Shown in pieces: positions 1-11,660 of a stretch of DNA of 64,000 nt. Where the stretch lies: contig NC_042998.1 of NCBI RefSeq assembly GCF_006345805.1, positions 42,656,001 through 42,720,000 on the forward strand. The letters are read 5' to 3'. Under the pieces are notes generated by a model. That model was not told the origin of the DNA. It did no database searches and saw nothing but the letters and a program-made list of their open reading frames with translations. Every line of letters starts with the position of its first letter. Position 1 is the stretch's first letter. Both the position numbers and the translations under genes were made by a program. This stretch comes from Octopus sinensis. Its lineage: Eukaryota.

Positions 1-483
1 AAATGTTCTCTTATGTGTATAAGGTACATTAGTTTAGGTCATGAAATCTTGAGGAAGGACCAGTGGATATCTGATAAAATCCTCCATCAGAAAAACCTTG
101 AATTTTTAATGAACCATCACTTTCTGTCGGGGTGCAAATTATCTTTTGTAAGCCTTGTCGTACCTATTATCTGTTAGAGCATTGTGTTATATAACAACAG
201 GTTTGCATAAAAGACTAGAAATGCTGAGTTCTTCAAGAAATAACAAAGCAAATTGATGTGTATCTTCCATATTCAACTGATTAGTGGTACATCAAAATAT
301 GTGAGACCTTCCTGAGATTCTCCATTTGAGTTTTCTGTAACGAACATATACTCACAATCATATGTGCATATGGCATTCATGAACATACATTAACGCTAAT
401 GAAAAGCACACAACTGTGTATTTAGGTGACAAATTCACCCCTTGTATTTCAAGTTTGTCAACACATCTTTTTGTCTCTTTTTT

Positions 484-790
484 AAGCCCTTTTCAAGCCT
501 AGCCAGGCTCATGGGCCCAGTTTCCCGGTTTCTGTGGCATATGCCCCCCCCCCCCACCTGCTGGACGTGATGCCAGTCCATCGCAGCGTTACTCAAGAAA
601 CAGGAAGAGAGTGTGAGAGAAAGTTGTGGTGAAAGAGTACAACAGGGGTTGCCACCCCCACCCCCCTGATGGAGCCTCGTGGAGCTTTTAGGTGTTCTCG
701 CTCAATAAACACACACAACGCCCGGTCTGGGAATCAAAACTGCAATCCTCCGAGTCCGCTGCCCTAACCACTGGGCCATTGCACCTCCAC
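484..790 (-). mobile_element. tRNA-headed SINE
   Basis: Minus-strand head tggcccagtggttagg (A box) ... gttttgattccc (B-box-like). Confidence 0.65.
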
Positions 791-1084
791 ACTTTGCCAA
801 CACATGTACCTACATATATGCACATATCAACTCATTCATGTGTTTACAAATTTTAAGGACTTCTTTGACTAAAAGAACAGTCTTGAGTTCTGCAAAGAAA
901 ATTAATCATGTATACATCCATACAGGCAGTCATTCAGGCAAGCTGGCAGGCATGCTTATGTAGTCATGAGCTGGCTTAGACACCCATTCAAATCTTCTAT
1001 TACTGACCTAGTGGAAGACTGAGGCTGTGACAGCTGGAAGAAAAGAGGACTGCACCATTAGTCAGCTTGCATTCAGTTTCGGCT

Positions 1085-1258
1085 TTGTTAACACATCAGA
1101 CGAGCATTTCTTCTGACTTGTTACATTCTGAGTTCAAATCTAGCCGAGGATAACTTTGCCTTTCATCCCTTTAAGGTCGATAAAATAAAGTACCAGTCAA
1201 GTATTGGAGTCAATGTAATCAACTTGTCCCCTTTCCTCAAAATTGCTGGCCTTGTACC
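1085..1258 (+). mobile_element. SINE family C monomer
   Basis: ttctgagttcaaat...tttgcctttcatcc...gtcgataaaa..aagtaccag. Confidence 0.7.
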
Positions 1259-1590
1259 CTGCAATGAACCAGCGTTCTTTTTGGGAAGAATGTTGTGATC
1301 TCTTTCACTTATATGCCATAGAAAGCAGGTGCCTGGCCTTATGACTCCAAGGGCTTGCCAAAAAAAAAAAAAAATGCTGAAGAAACATGAAAGGAAGTCA
1401 AAGACACAACATCTTGCCCGGTCCAAGAATTGAACCAATGAACTTATAATTGTTAAACCAACATCCTAATTGCTGGGCTTCATTGGTATGTACCCATATG
1501 CATGAAAACACACACAACCACACATAAATGCATGCACATATGAATACATACTTACATACAGACAGACAGATAGACAGACACTAAAACTTT

Positions 1591-1996
1591 ACAGAAGTTT
1601 ATCATTTAAGTATATATATGAGCATGTCTAGATATGCAACTATATGCATGAGAATACATACATAAAACAAAACACACAAATCTGCACATGTGCATACATA
1701 CATACATTGAACTATTGAGAAATCTGCAGTTACTTTATCCAGATTACAAGCTTAGGTTTATACCTGTTATTATATGTAACACACTGCCTAAATACCAATC
1801 TTGAGAAATTAAGCTTCTCAAACCCAGAAAGAGAAAGCTAATTTGAAAACTACAGATCCAATCCATCACTGGAACTGTAAAAATCTGTAAAACTTTCTTC
1901 AAGACAGAAGTTTATCATTTAAATATATGGGCATGTCTAGATATGCAACTATATGCATGAGAATACATGCATAAAACAAAACATACAAATCCGCAT

Positions 1997-1997
<1 letters not shown>
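1591..1997. repeat. ~100-bp direct duplication (1591-1690 / 1905-1997)
   Basis: cagaagtttatcatttaa...gcatgtctagatatgcaactatatgcatgagaataca occurs twice. Confidence 0.85.
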
Positions 1998-2035
<38 letters not shown>

Positions 2036-2613
2036 CATACATACTACATACATACATACATACATACATACATACAAACAAAAATACCCCGTTGTCAATG
2101 TTGGAATTCCACTGAAAGAGCCTTGGATCTAGGTTAGAAACTTGCTCTTTCTCTATTGGCAAGAAATCTTGAAATAAAACTGAACAATGATATACATACT
2201 TTTGAGCTGCTTTCTTCATGAGACTACAGCTATGCTTGGGTGCTGTTTTCAGAGGTTTTTCTTCAGTAATTACAATACCAGGACTTATTTCACTCTATTA
2301 CTCATTTTATTTCGTTTTTTTTTTAAATTTGGCATGCAAGATTCTTGATGTGAATTCGTGTGTTGAAATTAATTTTGTTGTGTCTTGGGAGAGTAAATAT
2401 GTCATGGTGTACTGACTGACAAAAATTTTAAGATTTAGCACTGTACTTGTCTTCATTTAACCAGTATTATTATTTCAAGATCATAAATACATTTTTTCTA
2501 CATTTTCATATGTTTGTTGTACATATTCTTGCACAAATGTAAATAACATGTGTGCATGTGTGTATGCATGTGTGTGCATGTGTGCATACGTATATGTGCG
2601 TTGGAATATAAGT

Positions 2614-3300
2614 GTGAAGGTGCATGGCTTAGTGGTTAGAGTATTCAGCTTGCTATCATAAGGTCGTTGAGTTCAGTTCCCCGTGGCGTGTGTATCCTTG
2701 AGCAAGACACTTTATCTCCCGTTGCTCCAGTCTACTCAGCTGGCAAAAATGAGTTGTACCTGTATTTCAAAGAGCTAGCCTTATCACATTCTGTATCATG
2801 CTGAATCTCCCTGAGAACTACGTTAAGAGTACATGTGGCGCAGGAGTGGCTGTGTAGTAAGTAGCTAGTTTACCAACCACATGGTTCCAGGTTCAGTCCC
2901 ACTGCGTGGCACCTTGGGCAAGTGTCTTCTACTATAGCCTCGGGCCGACCAAAGCCTTGTGAGTGGATTTGGTAGACGGAAACTGAAAGAAGCCCATCGT
3001 GTATATATATATATATATATGTGTGTGTGTTTGTGTGTCTGTGTTTGTCCCTCTGGCATTGCTTGACAACCGATGCTGGTGTGTTTATGTCCCTGTTACT
3101 TAGCGGCTCGGCAAAAGAGACCAATAGAATAAGTACTGGGCTTACAAAAGAATAAGTCTTGGGGTCGAGTTGCTCGATTAAAGGCGGTGCTCCAGCATGG
3201 CCACAGTCGGGTGACTGAAACAAGTAAAAGAGTAAAGAGTATCTGTGGAATGTCCAACTGGAACACTTGTTGTTGTAACCGATGGAGTGCTTTTTTTTTA
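2614..3300 (+). mobile_element. tRNA-headed SINE (family B) interrupted by a family A SINE at 2837-3241
   Basis: Head tggcttagtggttagag...gagttcagttcc and tccttgagcaagacactt, shared with 9100-9430; the body resumes after 3241. Confidence 0.75.
2837..3241 (+). mobile_element. SINE family A (tRNA-like head, internal TA/TG microsatellite, aagagta tail)
   Basis: Near-identical copies at 4226-4639, 36320-36690, 49413-49839 and 62049-62453. Confidence 0.85.
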
Positions 3301-4225
3301 TTTTGAACGATGGGGTATGTATGTCTCAGTGAGATAGGTTGTGCATGTTTGTATGAGAGAGATAGTCTCTTTCTCTCTTGATACTGATATCTCTAGCTAT
3401 CTATCTATCTGTCTGTCTACCTACTTATATATCTATCAACGTATCTGTATATCAGCATATATGTACATGCATGTGTAAGTCTGCACACACACATGCACGC
3501 ACACACACACACATACACACATGCACGCGCACGCACGCGCACGCACGCACACACACACACACACATGCACTTGCACACATATATATCACCATATATAAAT
3601 CTACTGTTTCTTTACTTCCCCTACTAACTGCTTATTAAGTTTCTTCTATTTGTAGTTATTTCTCTTTCTTTCTCTCCCTTTCTCACACACACACTCTCTC
3701 TCTCTTTCTCTTTAAATATATGCATGTATGTGTGTAAGTGCATGTGCTATGGATTGAAGGATGTGTCTATATGAAGGTGTGTATGTGTGTGTGTTGTGTG
3801 TGTGTGTGCCTGTGTGTGTTTGTGCATGCGTCATGTTTTCTACATCTATCAACTTTATGATTTTTGCTCATCCTTGCTATCCCCCTGGCACTGATTTCAT
3901 TTTCAGTATTTATCTACTTTAATCTATTACTTCAAGCTCAGTTCAAAACACAAACATGCTCTCACACTGATCTCCTCCACCCCTGCTCCTGAAATAGCAG
4001 CCCGACATAGCATTTGAGTTTTATGCAAAATGATCAGTACTGACGCTATGCACTAAACAAATGTAGGTGATCACCTGGGAACATAAAATAAAATGAAAAC
4101 AAAGAAAACCTGTGCCTTAGTACAGAAATCCCTCACCATATCACGATTCTCTTATCGTGATTTATTATTTAAGCTTACGTTGATTCCTCTATGGTGTTGT
4201 TTAGCATTTATAATAAAATATATAT

Positions 4226-4639
4226 ACTCTTTACTCTTTTACTTGTTTCAGTCATTTGACTGTGGCCATGCTGGAGCACCACCTTTAGTCGAGCAAATCG
4301 ACCCCAGGACTTATTCTTTGGAAGGTTAGTAGTTATTCAATCGGTCTCTTTTTTCTGACCTGTTAAGTTACTGGCACGTAAACACACCACCATCGGTTGT
4401 CAAGCAATGTTAGGGGGACAAACAGACACACAAACATATACACACACATACATATATATATACATATACATATATACGATGGGCTTCTTTCAGTTTCTGT
4501 CTACTAAATCCACTCACAAGGCTTTGGTTGGCCTGAGGCTATAATAGAAGACACTTACCCAAGGTGCCACACAGTGGGAATGAACCTGGAACCATGTGGT
4601 TGGTAAGCAAGCTACTTACCACACAGCCACCTCTGTGCC
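4226..4639 (-). mobile_element. SINE family A
   Basis: Reverse-complement copy of 2837-3241. Confidence 0.85.
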
Positions 4640-4769
4640 TATACAAATTATAAAAATAACAAAACATACAGTACAGTACTGATTCTACTTCGCAGATTTT
4701 CACCTATCACGGGGGTGTTTTGGAACATAGCACCCACAATAGTTGAGGGATTACTGTATCTATGAGCAC

Positions 4770-5135
4770 AGGCATTGCTATATGATATGAAGTTTGCTTC
4801 CCAATTGCATGGTTCCAGGTTCAATCCCAGTGAGTGGCACTTTGACAAATATCTTCTACTATAGCTTTGAGCTGAACAAAGCTTTGCAAGTGGATTTGAT
4901 GGACTGAAGCCCGTCATGTGTGTGCGTTTTGTTTACTCTCCACCCATCACTTGACAACTGGTGCTGGTTTGTTTACACTTTCGTAACTTAGCGGTTCAGC
5001 AAAAAGGAGCAGATAAAATAAGTAGCAGGGTTAGATAAGAAAAATATGTACTGGGGTCGATTTGTTTGACTTAAACCCTTCAAAACAGTACCCCAGCATG
5101 GTCGCATTCTAATGATTGAAATCAGCAAAAGACAA
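4770..5135 (+). mobile_element. SINE family A, older copy
   Basis: Diverged match to 2837-3241. Confidence 0.7.
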
Positions 5136-6453
5136 AATATATGTCAACAAAGAATCGCTGTAGTTGTTTGAACAATACTTTGGCAATATTAGAAGACTCA
5201 ATTGTCAGCAGCTGAAGTATTGTACACTGTATATTATTATAAGCTACTGCTCCTGGCTGTATTCAACACAGTCATCACTGGGGGGAAGTGTGGTGGTGGT
5301 GGTGGTTGTGGGGCTCCTTTGTAAGACTTCTCTATGTCTTAGAATACCGGAAAAGCACTCTATGTTCATTCAAATACCATTGAACTCAACTGATATATGC
5401 ACAAATATAAAAAAAAACAAGTGGAACCCAACTGATTTTCATTTCTTTTATGCATATTATCTGTCATAAATGTTTTCTATCATTTTTTGTACATGTCTAA
5501 ATAACTCATTCTGATGATGTCTATTGAGGCAGAAACATGCATCTACATATGTCGTCATGAATGGTGAGCCAATTGTAAAAAAATACTTGATTATTAAGAT
5601 TGTGTACTCTTCTCATTTAGAGTTTTTCCTGTACTTATAATGAAGTTCTTACAGTTTTAGTGCTAATCATGTATAGCACCATTTCATTCTTTTTAGAAAT
5701 TGTCAGTATTATATAACCTGTGATTTATTAATGAAACATTACTTTACAAAGTGTAACATTGCATTAAAGAAAGAAATAACAGTCTGGAGAAAATTCATGG
5801 AATGTATTTTTTACTTTTTTCTTAATAGAACATTAGTAGAGTAAGAATCGAGACAACTCCACAAGCCAGTTTCCAATATGTCCTTTGAGGTGTAGACAAT
5901 TGCTTCAAGCTGTTATTTCTTATTGGTAATCCATCATGTATGTAATCAAAGAAAAATTAAGTTGGCTCCTGATTTAAAAGAATACTTTGTTCATGGAAAA
6001 TAGACTCAATATGAAGAAACTGAGAATCACTTTACAGTCTATGGATTTTGTCTGGAGAGAAAGGATGTGATCAGTAACAGAATTTTTAATCAGACACACC
6101 TTATTATATTAGTACAATGGGAGACGCCAAGGGGAAGTGAACTGTTGATAGGTTGCAGAAGGCAAAGGGATGACATTGGATTGCTGGTATGGCTGTAGAA
6201 TAAGAAACATAAACTGAGCCTGTTCAGTCACATAAGAATATGTAGTAATGAATTACTTGAAAAAGTAATGTGTAATGGCTTACTGCATGGTTGGTGGGAG
6301 TAATTGGAGAATATGCTTTGATACTGAAGTCCATGCAGGAAACTGCTTTGTTGATGCAGTCTTATGGTTAGTTGGCATTATGCTGAAATGGTATCCACCT
6401 TCACCATTCACAAAGAGCTGTAGATACTGGAGTGCATCGTAGGATGTAGTAAT

Positions 6454-7190
6454 TCATACAAAACCTCTTGGTAAACAATATTCTTTGTTCTCCCTTGTGG
6501 AACAAATGCAAATAATGTTTTTTTGCTTCTTACTCAAGAGCAGCAAATATTTAATTGCTTGTGTGGGAAGCATGACTCTTCCAAGTGAAGTTCTACCACA
6601 GACAGTATTTGACCCAGGGATTTGACAGACATTGCAAAGCCGATATGAATAGGAAATTGTACTCTTCTGAATGAAAGGGGAATTTCTGCTTCCAATGAGA
6701 TGAGAGGAATTCTGGGTACAAAAACATCCTCTCCTTTTCCACATATAGAGAGAATGGTGGCCTTAATAACATGTGGCATTATCTTCTTTACTACCAGGTG
6801 TGTCCCATTGCAGAGTGTTGGTAGATCCAAATTCCTCAATAACATTACTGGAGTTCCCACTTCAAGTTCCAATCTGTGGGGTGGTAGACCTGGAGGCTCC
6901 AATGAATTGAGGAATTCTGTTGGATAATTTGCCACCTCTCTGAATCTGGGATTGTATCAATTGACTTATAGATGTGAGGACTTCCAGAATGGTACTGCAG
7001 CAGCTGCTCATTAAGTATTGCTCTTTCACACAGCCAATTGAGATTGTGATAATTTTTTGACCAATGGATGTAAGAGAGACAATCAATTTGTGAAAGTTAT
7101 TTCGCAAAGAGTCACCTCCTTTTACATAACCCCAAAAAGTGTATTTTCTACTCCCAGATGGTCTGTTACTCATTATATGAAAAATTCTTA
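6454..7190 (-). mobile_element. Helitron PIF1-helicase C-terminal relic
   Basis: [58 protein letters not shown]; frameshifts and stops. Confidence 0.85.
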
Positions 7191-7754
7191 AAGTCTAAAA
7201 CCATCTCTGGAACATAAGTAATATATGTTCCCAGTTTGGAGAAAATCAATTGTGATCTTCAGAAGTTATGTGGGCCTACACACAACCTCACTTATATATA
7301 TAAACACACAATGAGCCTGTCTTAAATCTACCAGACTCACTCACAAGGGTTTGGTCAGTCTGAGGCTATAGTAAAAAATACTTCCCAATGTACTACACAG
7401 TGGGACAGAACTTGGAACCATGTAGTTGGGAAGCAAGCTTCTTAACACACCCCCATGTTTGTGCCTACATATACTGGAAGAAAGTGCAAAATCATAAATT
7501 TATCATATATAAACAGCATTATATGAATACTGCACTTCACTTTTATCAAACCAACTGTATATTTTTTTGTATATTTTGGTGAAGAGAATTGCCATATCAG
7601 ATGTAAAATTCATTTTTGATAATATTTTGTGTTACTATGATGGCCACCAGGGCAGGGCCCCATGACTATGAATTTGTTGTCATTGCCTCATTGCAAATAT
7701 CTGATTAGCAGTTTAACACTCTTTTCATCTTTGAAAAAGAATTATTATTTAGAT

Positions 7755-8001
7755 CAATGGTTCTCAACCATGGCTCATATGACCCTTGGGGGTCCACATA
7801 AGATTTTGTGGTTAAAATTTATATGCAATGGACTGGTTATACTTCCACAATACACAAAATATTTTAACAATATTTTAATACAATTCCTTATATTTAATCA
7901 TAAAAATATAATAGGATTTTTAAAATATTGAATGGCTATGGCGGTCCAACCAAGCAAAATAGGAAATGAGTCCACAGGTAAAAAATGTTTGAGAACCCGA
8001 T
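7755..8001. mobile_element. hAT (Charlie-like) MITE, decayed
   Basis: Ends caatggttctcaac / tttgagaaccc resemble CAGTGGTTCTCAAC-type TIRs. Confidence 0.5.
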
Positions 8002-8210
8002 TTAAATAATTAAAAAAAAAGGTGCTTCTTAGAAGTAACACAGTCATTAAATGATGTAATGCACACATCAAGTGTAGGCTATATATGTTAGAAAAGGAAG
8101 TATAATAAAATGATGTGACCTTTTCACATAGATACCATCATATTGTAAGCAACTGTTCATAAGTTTGTGCTAAGAGACTGTGATATTTTGGCTTGTTTTC
8201 AATATCTAAT

Positions 8211-8590
8211 TACAGTAGAACCTCATAGTACAAGTGTGCTGTTGTATGAGTAATTTGCTGTACGAGCCGAGACTCATGCTAATTTTTGTCTTGAAGTACA
8301 AGTGGAAATCTGCAGTATGAGCACACAAGTCGTCCTATCTTTAAGGTAATTCAGTTAATAAAACCAGTTTATACATTTCTTTTGAATCCTCTTTTTTTAT
8401 AATTGTCATTTTACTTGTAACTACACCTTTTCTGTTTTAAAACTCATAAAAAATTATTTTTGAGTAGTTTTGGGGCCTGGAACAGATTAATTATATTTTA
8501 GTTAATTTCAAGGGAGAAAAGTGATTTGTGAAACAAGTAAATGGCAAGATGAGCTTGGTCATGTATTAGAAGTAACTATTGCACTTAGCA
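8211..8590. mobile_element. pogo/Tigger-like MITE relic
   Basis: Begins TACAGTAGAACCTC; the internal ggaacagattaatt...tttcaagggagaaa pattern is typical of such MITEs; right end decayed. Confidence 0.4.
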
Positions 8591-9099
8591 GGCTTATGCT
8601 TATCCAGTTCCCTAGCTTACAACACTTGGTCTCTCATCAGTACTAGGCTGAATTAGCTGGAAGAGAAATATAGCACATTAAGGTACATATTTCTATGGAA
8701 TGCTCAGCCACTTCACTTGCATAGAAATCAGCAGAGCCTTGGGTGTAATAAACACATTACACTCAGGGGAGATAATTAATATAAACACATTCTGGATTTT
8801 AGCTAGGATCCATGTTAACAATTCCCTTTTATAACAAACATGTTTAAACATACGTTCGTGGTTATATACTTATCTCAACAAACACATTCTTATAATTGTT
8901 TTACACTCAAGAATATTTTATGGCTATGATACAGCATTGTTTGATGCATCTTAAATATTTCTTCAGTGAGATGCAATATTCTCAGATCTGATTTATTACT
9001 CCCTGGACTTTTTATTTATTTATGTATCTATTGATTTATTTATTTATTTTGAAACACATACTTCAAGACCACACCTATATACTTGTATTAATGTATTAA

Positions 9100-9430
9100 T
9101 GTGAAGGCACATGGCTCAGTGGTTAGAGCGTTGAGCTTATGATTGTGAGGTTGTGAGCTCGAATCCTGGACCAGGCTGCGTGTTGTGTTCTTGAGCAAGA
9201 CACTTTATTTCACATTGCTCCAGTTCACTCAGCTGTAGAAATAAGTTGCGATGTCACAGGTGCCAAGCTGTATCGGCCTTTGCCTTTCCCTTGGATAACA
9301 TCGATGGCGTGGAGAGGGGAAGCTGGTATGCATGGGCGACTGCTGGTCTTCCATAAACAACCTCACCCGGACTTGTACCTGGGAGGGTAACTTTCTAGGT
9401 GCAATCCCATGGTCTGTGTCGTAACCAATC
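9100..9430 (+). mobile_element. tRNA-headed SINE, family B-related head with a different body
   Basis: tggctcagtggttagagc (A box), gagctcgaatcc (B box), ttcttgagcaagacactt. Confidence 0.7.
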
Positions 9431-9904
9431 AATAACTTTAAAGACCAAATACTTTTACAGCACCCTTGTATTTTAAATATATGTCCTGTATAAACACTAC
9501 ATAGAATGAATACAAAATACAACTCAATATGCTACACTTCAATTATCACACATATCCTGTATTCACATACTGTCTCTGTTATACAGTATCACCTTTTTAC
9601 AACTACCACATAACAATTCCTTTATTTGATTTATTAACATTAGTCTTCTGCAACTATACACAACTATTTCTCTATTGGTCTATTAAGGCTACCATTGGTT
9701 TCATATTATGAAAAACATCTTAAAATCTTAATAATTTTTCAAGCTGATCACATGGAAACATGGTGTTCATCTCCATGTGGTCAGCCTGAAATATTGTTAA
9801 GATATTAAGATATTTTTCTTAACATCAAACCAATTCCACCCTTATTACACGAATAAAGATGTAGTATTAAACACTTATTCTCAGTGTTCGACATTTACAT
9901 ATTT

Positions 9905-9920
9905 ACATATATATATGTAC

Positions 9921-9995
<75 letters not shown>
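9905..9995. repeat. (TA)n microsatellite just downstream of the PPIL6 stop codon
   Basis: Direct reading. Confidence 0.95.
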
Positions 9996-9998
<3 letters not shown>

Positions 9999-10199
9999 GC
10001 ACACATACACATATACTCACATGTATATAAACAAATTTATGCACACACGCATGACCACAAACATATGTTCACACACACACAACACAACATACAAGTATAG
10101 TGTTGTGTTATGTTGTGTTGTGTGTGTGCATACACACATATTTGTGTGCACATATACATGCATGAGTGTGCTTATATCTGCTTATGCATAATAAGAAGT

Positions 10200-10830
10200 T
10201 TATGTATCCTTGGAGTCTTCTGTTGAAGGCATTTGTTCTTTTTCAACTGATTCAGCTTTTTCATCTGATTCAACTTTTTCATCTGGTTCAACTTTTTCAT
10301 CTGGTTCAACTTTTTCATCTGGCTCAACTTTTTCATCTGGTTCAACTTTTTCATCTGGCTCAACTTTTTCATCTGGTTCAACTTTTTCATCTGGCTCAAC
10401 TTTTTCATCTGGTTCAACTTTTTCTTCGGGTGCATTTACTAACTCTTCAGGTGCAACAAAAGCATCATCCAGCACATTTACTTCATCATCTGGTGTATCA
10501 CCTCCAACTTTTGGTGCATCTTCTGCATCTTCTGGTATATTTTCTACATCTTCTGTTACACCTACGGTATTTTCTGGTTCATCTGTTACATTTTCTGGTA
10601 TATCTGCTGCATCTTCTTGTTCACCTGGTGAATGTTCTTTTTCAGCATCTTCATCCCCTTCTGGAAAAACATGAATGCTTCCCGACATGTTAGATGGTGG
10701 TGTATGGGTAATAGACTCTGTAAAATTAAATGCCTCACATTTGTAGATCCTTAAAGGCTTGATGGGTCTCTCATTGAATGTTTGTTCTTCTTCTAATGTC
10801 TGTAGAAGCTCTGTGCCTTCAAGAAGTTGA
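10200..10830 (-). CDS. PPIL6: PPIL6 exon 8 ([28 protein letters not shown], then acidic tail, stop TAA)
   Basis: Acceptor tttttcatgcag at 10831-10832, phase 2; open to TAA at 10200. Confidence 0.88.
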
Positions 10831-10929
10831 CTGCATGAAAAAAGAAATAAAAAAAAAGAAATAAAAAAAAAGAAAAAATGCAGACAAAGAAGATAGAATA
10901 CTTTCTGAAGCAGCTGCTGCAAATGATGG

Positions 10930-10963
<34 letters not shown>

Positions 10964-11376
10964 GGTGGCGGCGGTGGCGGCGGTGGTGGTGGCAGCAGTG
11001 GTGGTTGTTGTTGTTGTGGTGGATGGTGGTGGTGGATGGTGGTGGTTTACATATCTGGCGATAATTTGAACAAAGTGAAAAAAAAAATAGAGTTCAACTC
11101 TGACGAAGAGGCAATATTTACTGCATGAAGTTATAGTTCCAGCTTCCAGCATTTCATAGTGATTGTGTAAATGAACAGTGGAGGCAGACTGGGTAGCAGA
11201 TGAAGTGGCAGCGGCACTAGGGGTGGTAGTGGTGATTTTGGTGACAATGATGATGATGATGATGATGATGATGATTATGATGATGATGGCATCTTTATGA
11301 GAAAATAATTGACAAATTGCTTGAAAACTATGTTACAGTCTTTTACTGACTTAACTTGTATGTATGTGTGTGTGTA

Positions 11377-11434
<58 letters not shown>

Positions 11435-11615
11435 ACAACATATAGGCTTCTTAATGAATATTGTTTTAAGTGTTATTATTTTCTTTGTTTTTGTTCAAAA
11501 CCCAACAAAGTCTATTTTAGTTTATGTGGGACCTGAAAAAATAATTAACAAGATACACAACACATAAATGTGTGTCCATGTGTATATGTTATGCATGAGC
11601 ATGCAGGTGTGTGTC

Positions 11616-11660
<45 letters not shown>

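Noticed and set aside
2837-2930. tRNA genes at SINE heads (also 750-790, 2620-2690, 9110-9175)
   Set aside because: Only A/B-box-like remnants are present, with no complete cloverleaf, and each runs into a SINE body.
1899-3638. ORFs rich in CVCV, YIYI, HTHT (and similar ones at 9915-10191, 11309-11759, 21999-22609, 26584-27078, 36374-37287, 61927-62578)
   Set aside because: These are translations of microsatellites and SINE bodies.
6534-6935. Host PIF1 helicase gene (also 37763-38053)
   Set aside because: Frameshifted, intronless C-terminal fragments of Helitron type.
10166-10693. Plus-strand ORFs (LFHLVQ)n and (STFSSG)n, and the alternative minus frame (QMKKLN)n
   Set aside because: These are shadow frames of the 18-bp repeat. 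The real frame is the one spliced to PPIL6 exon 7.
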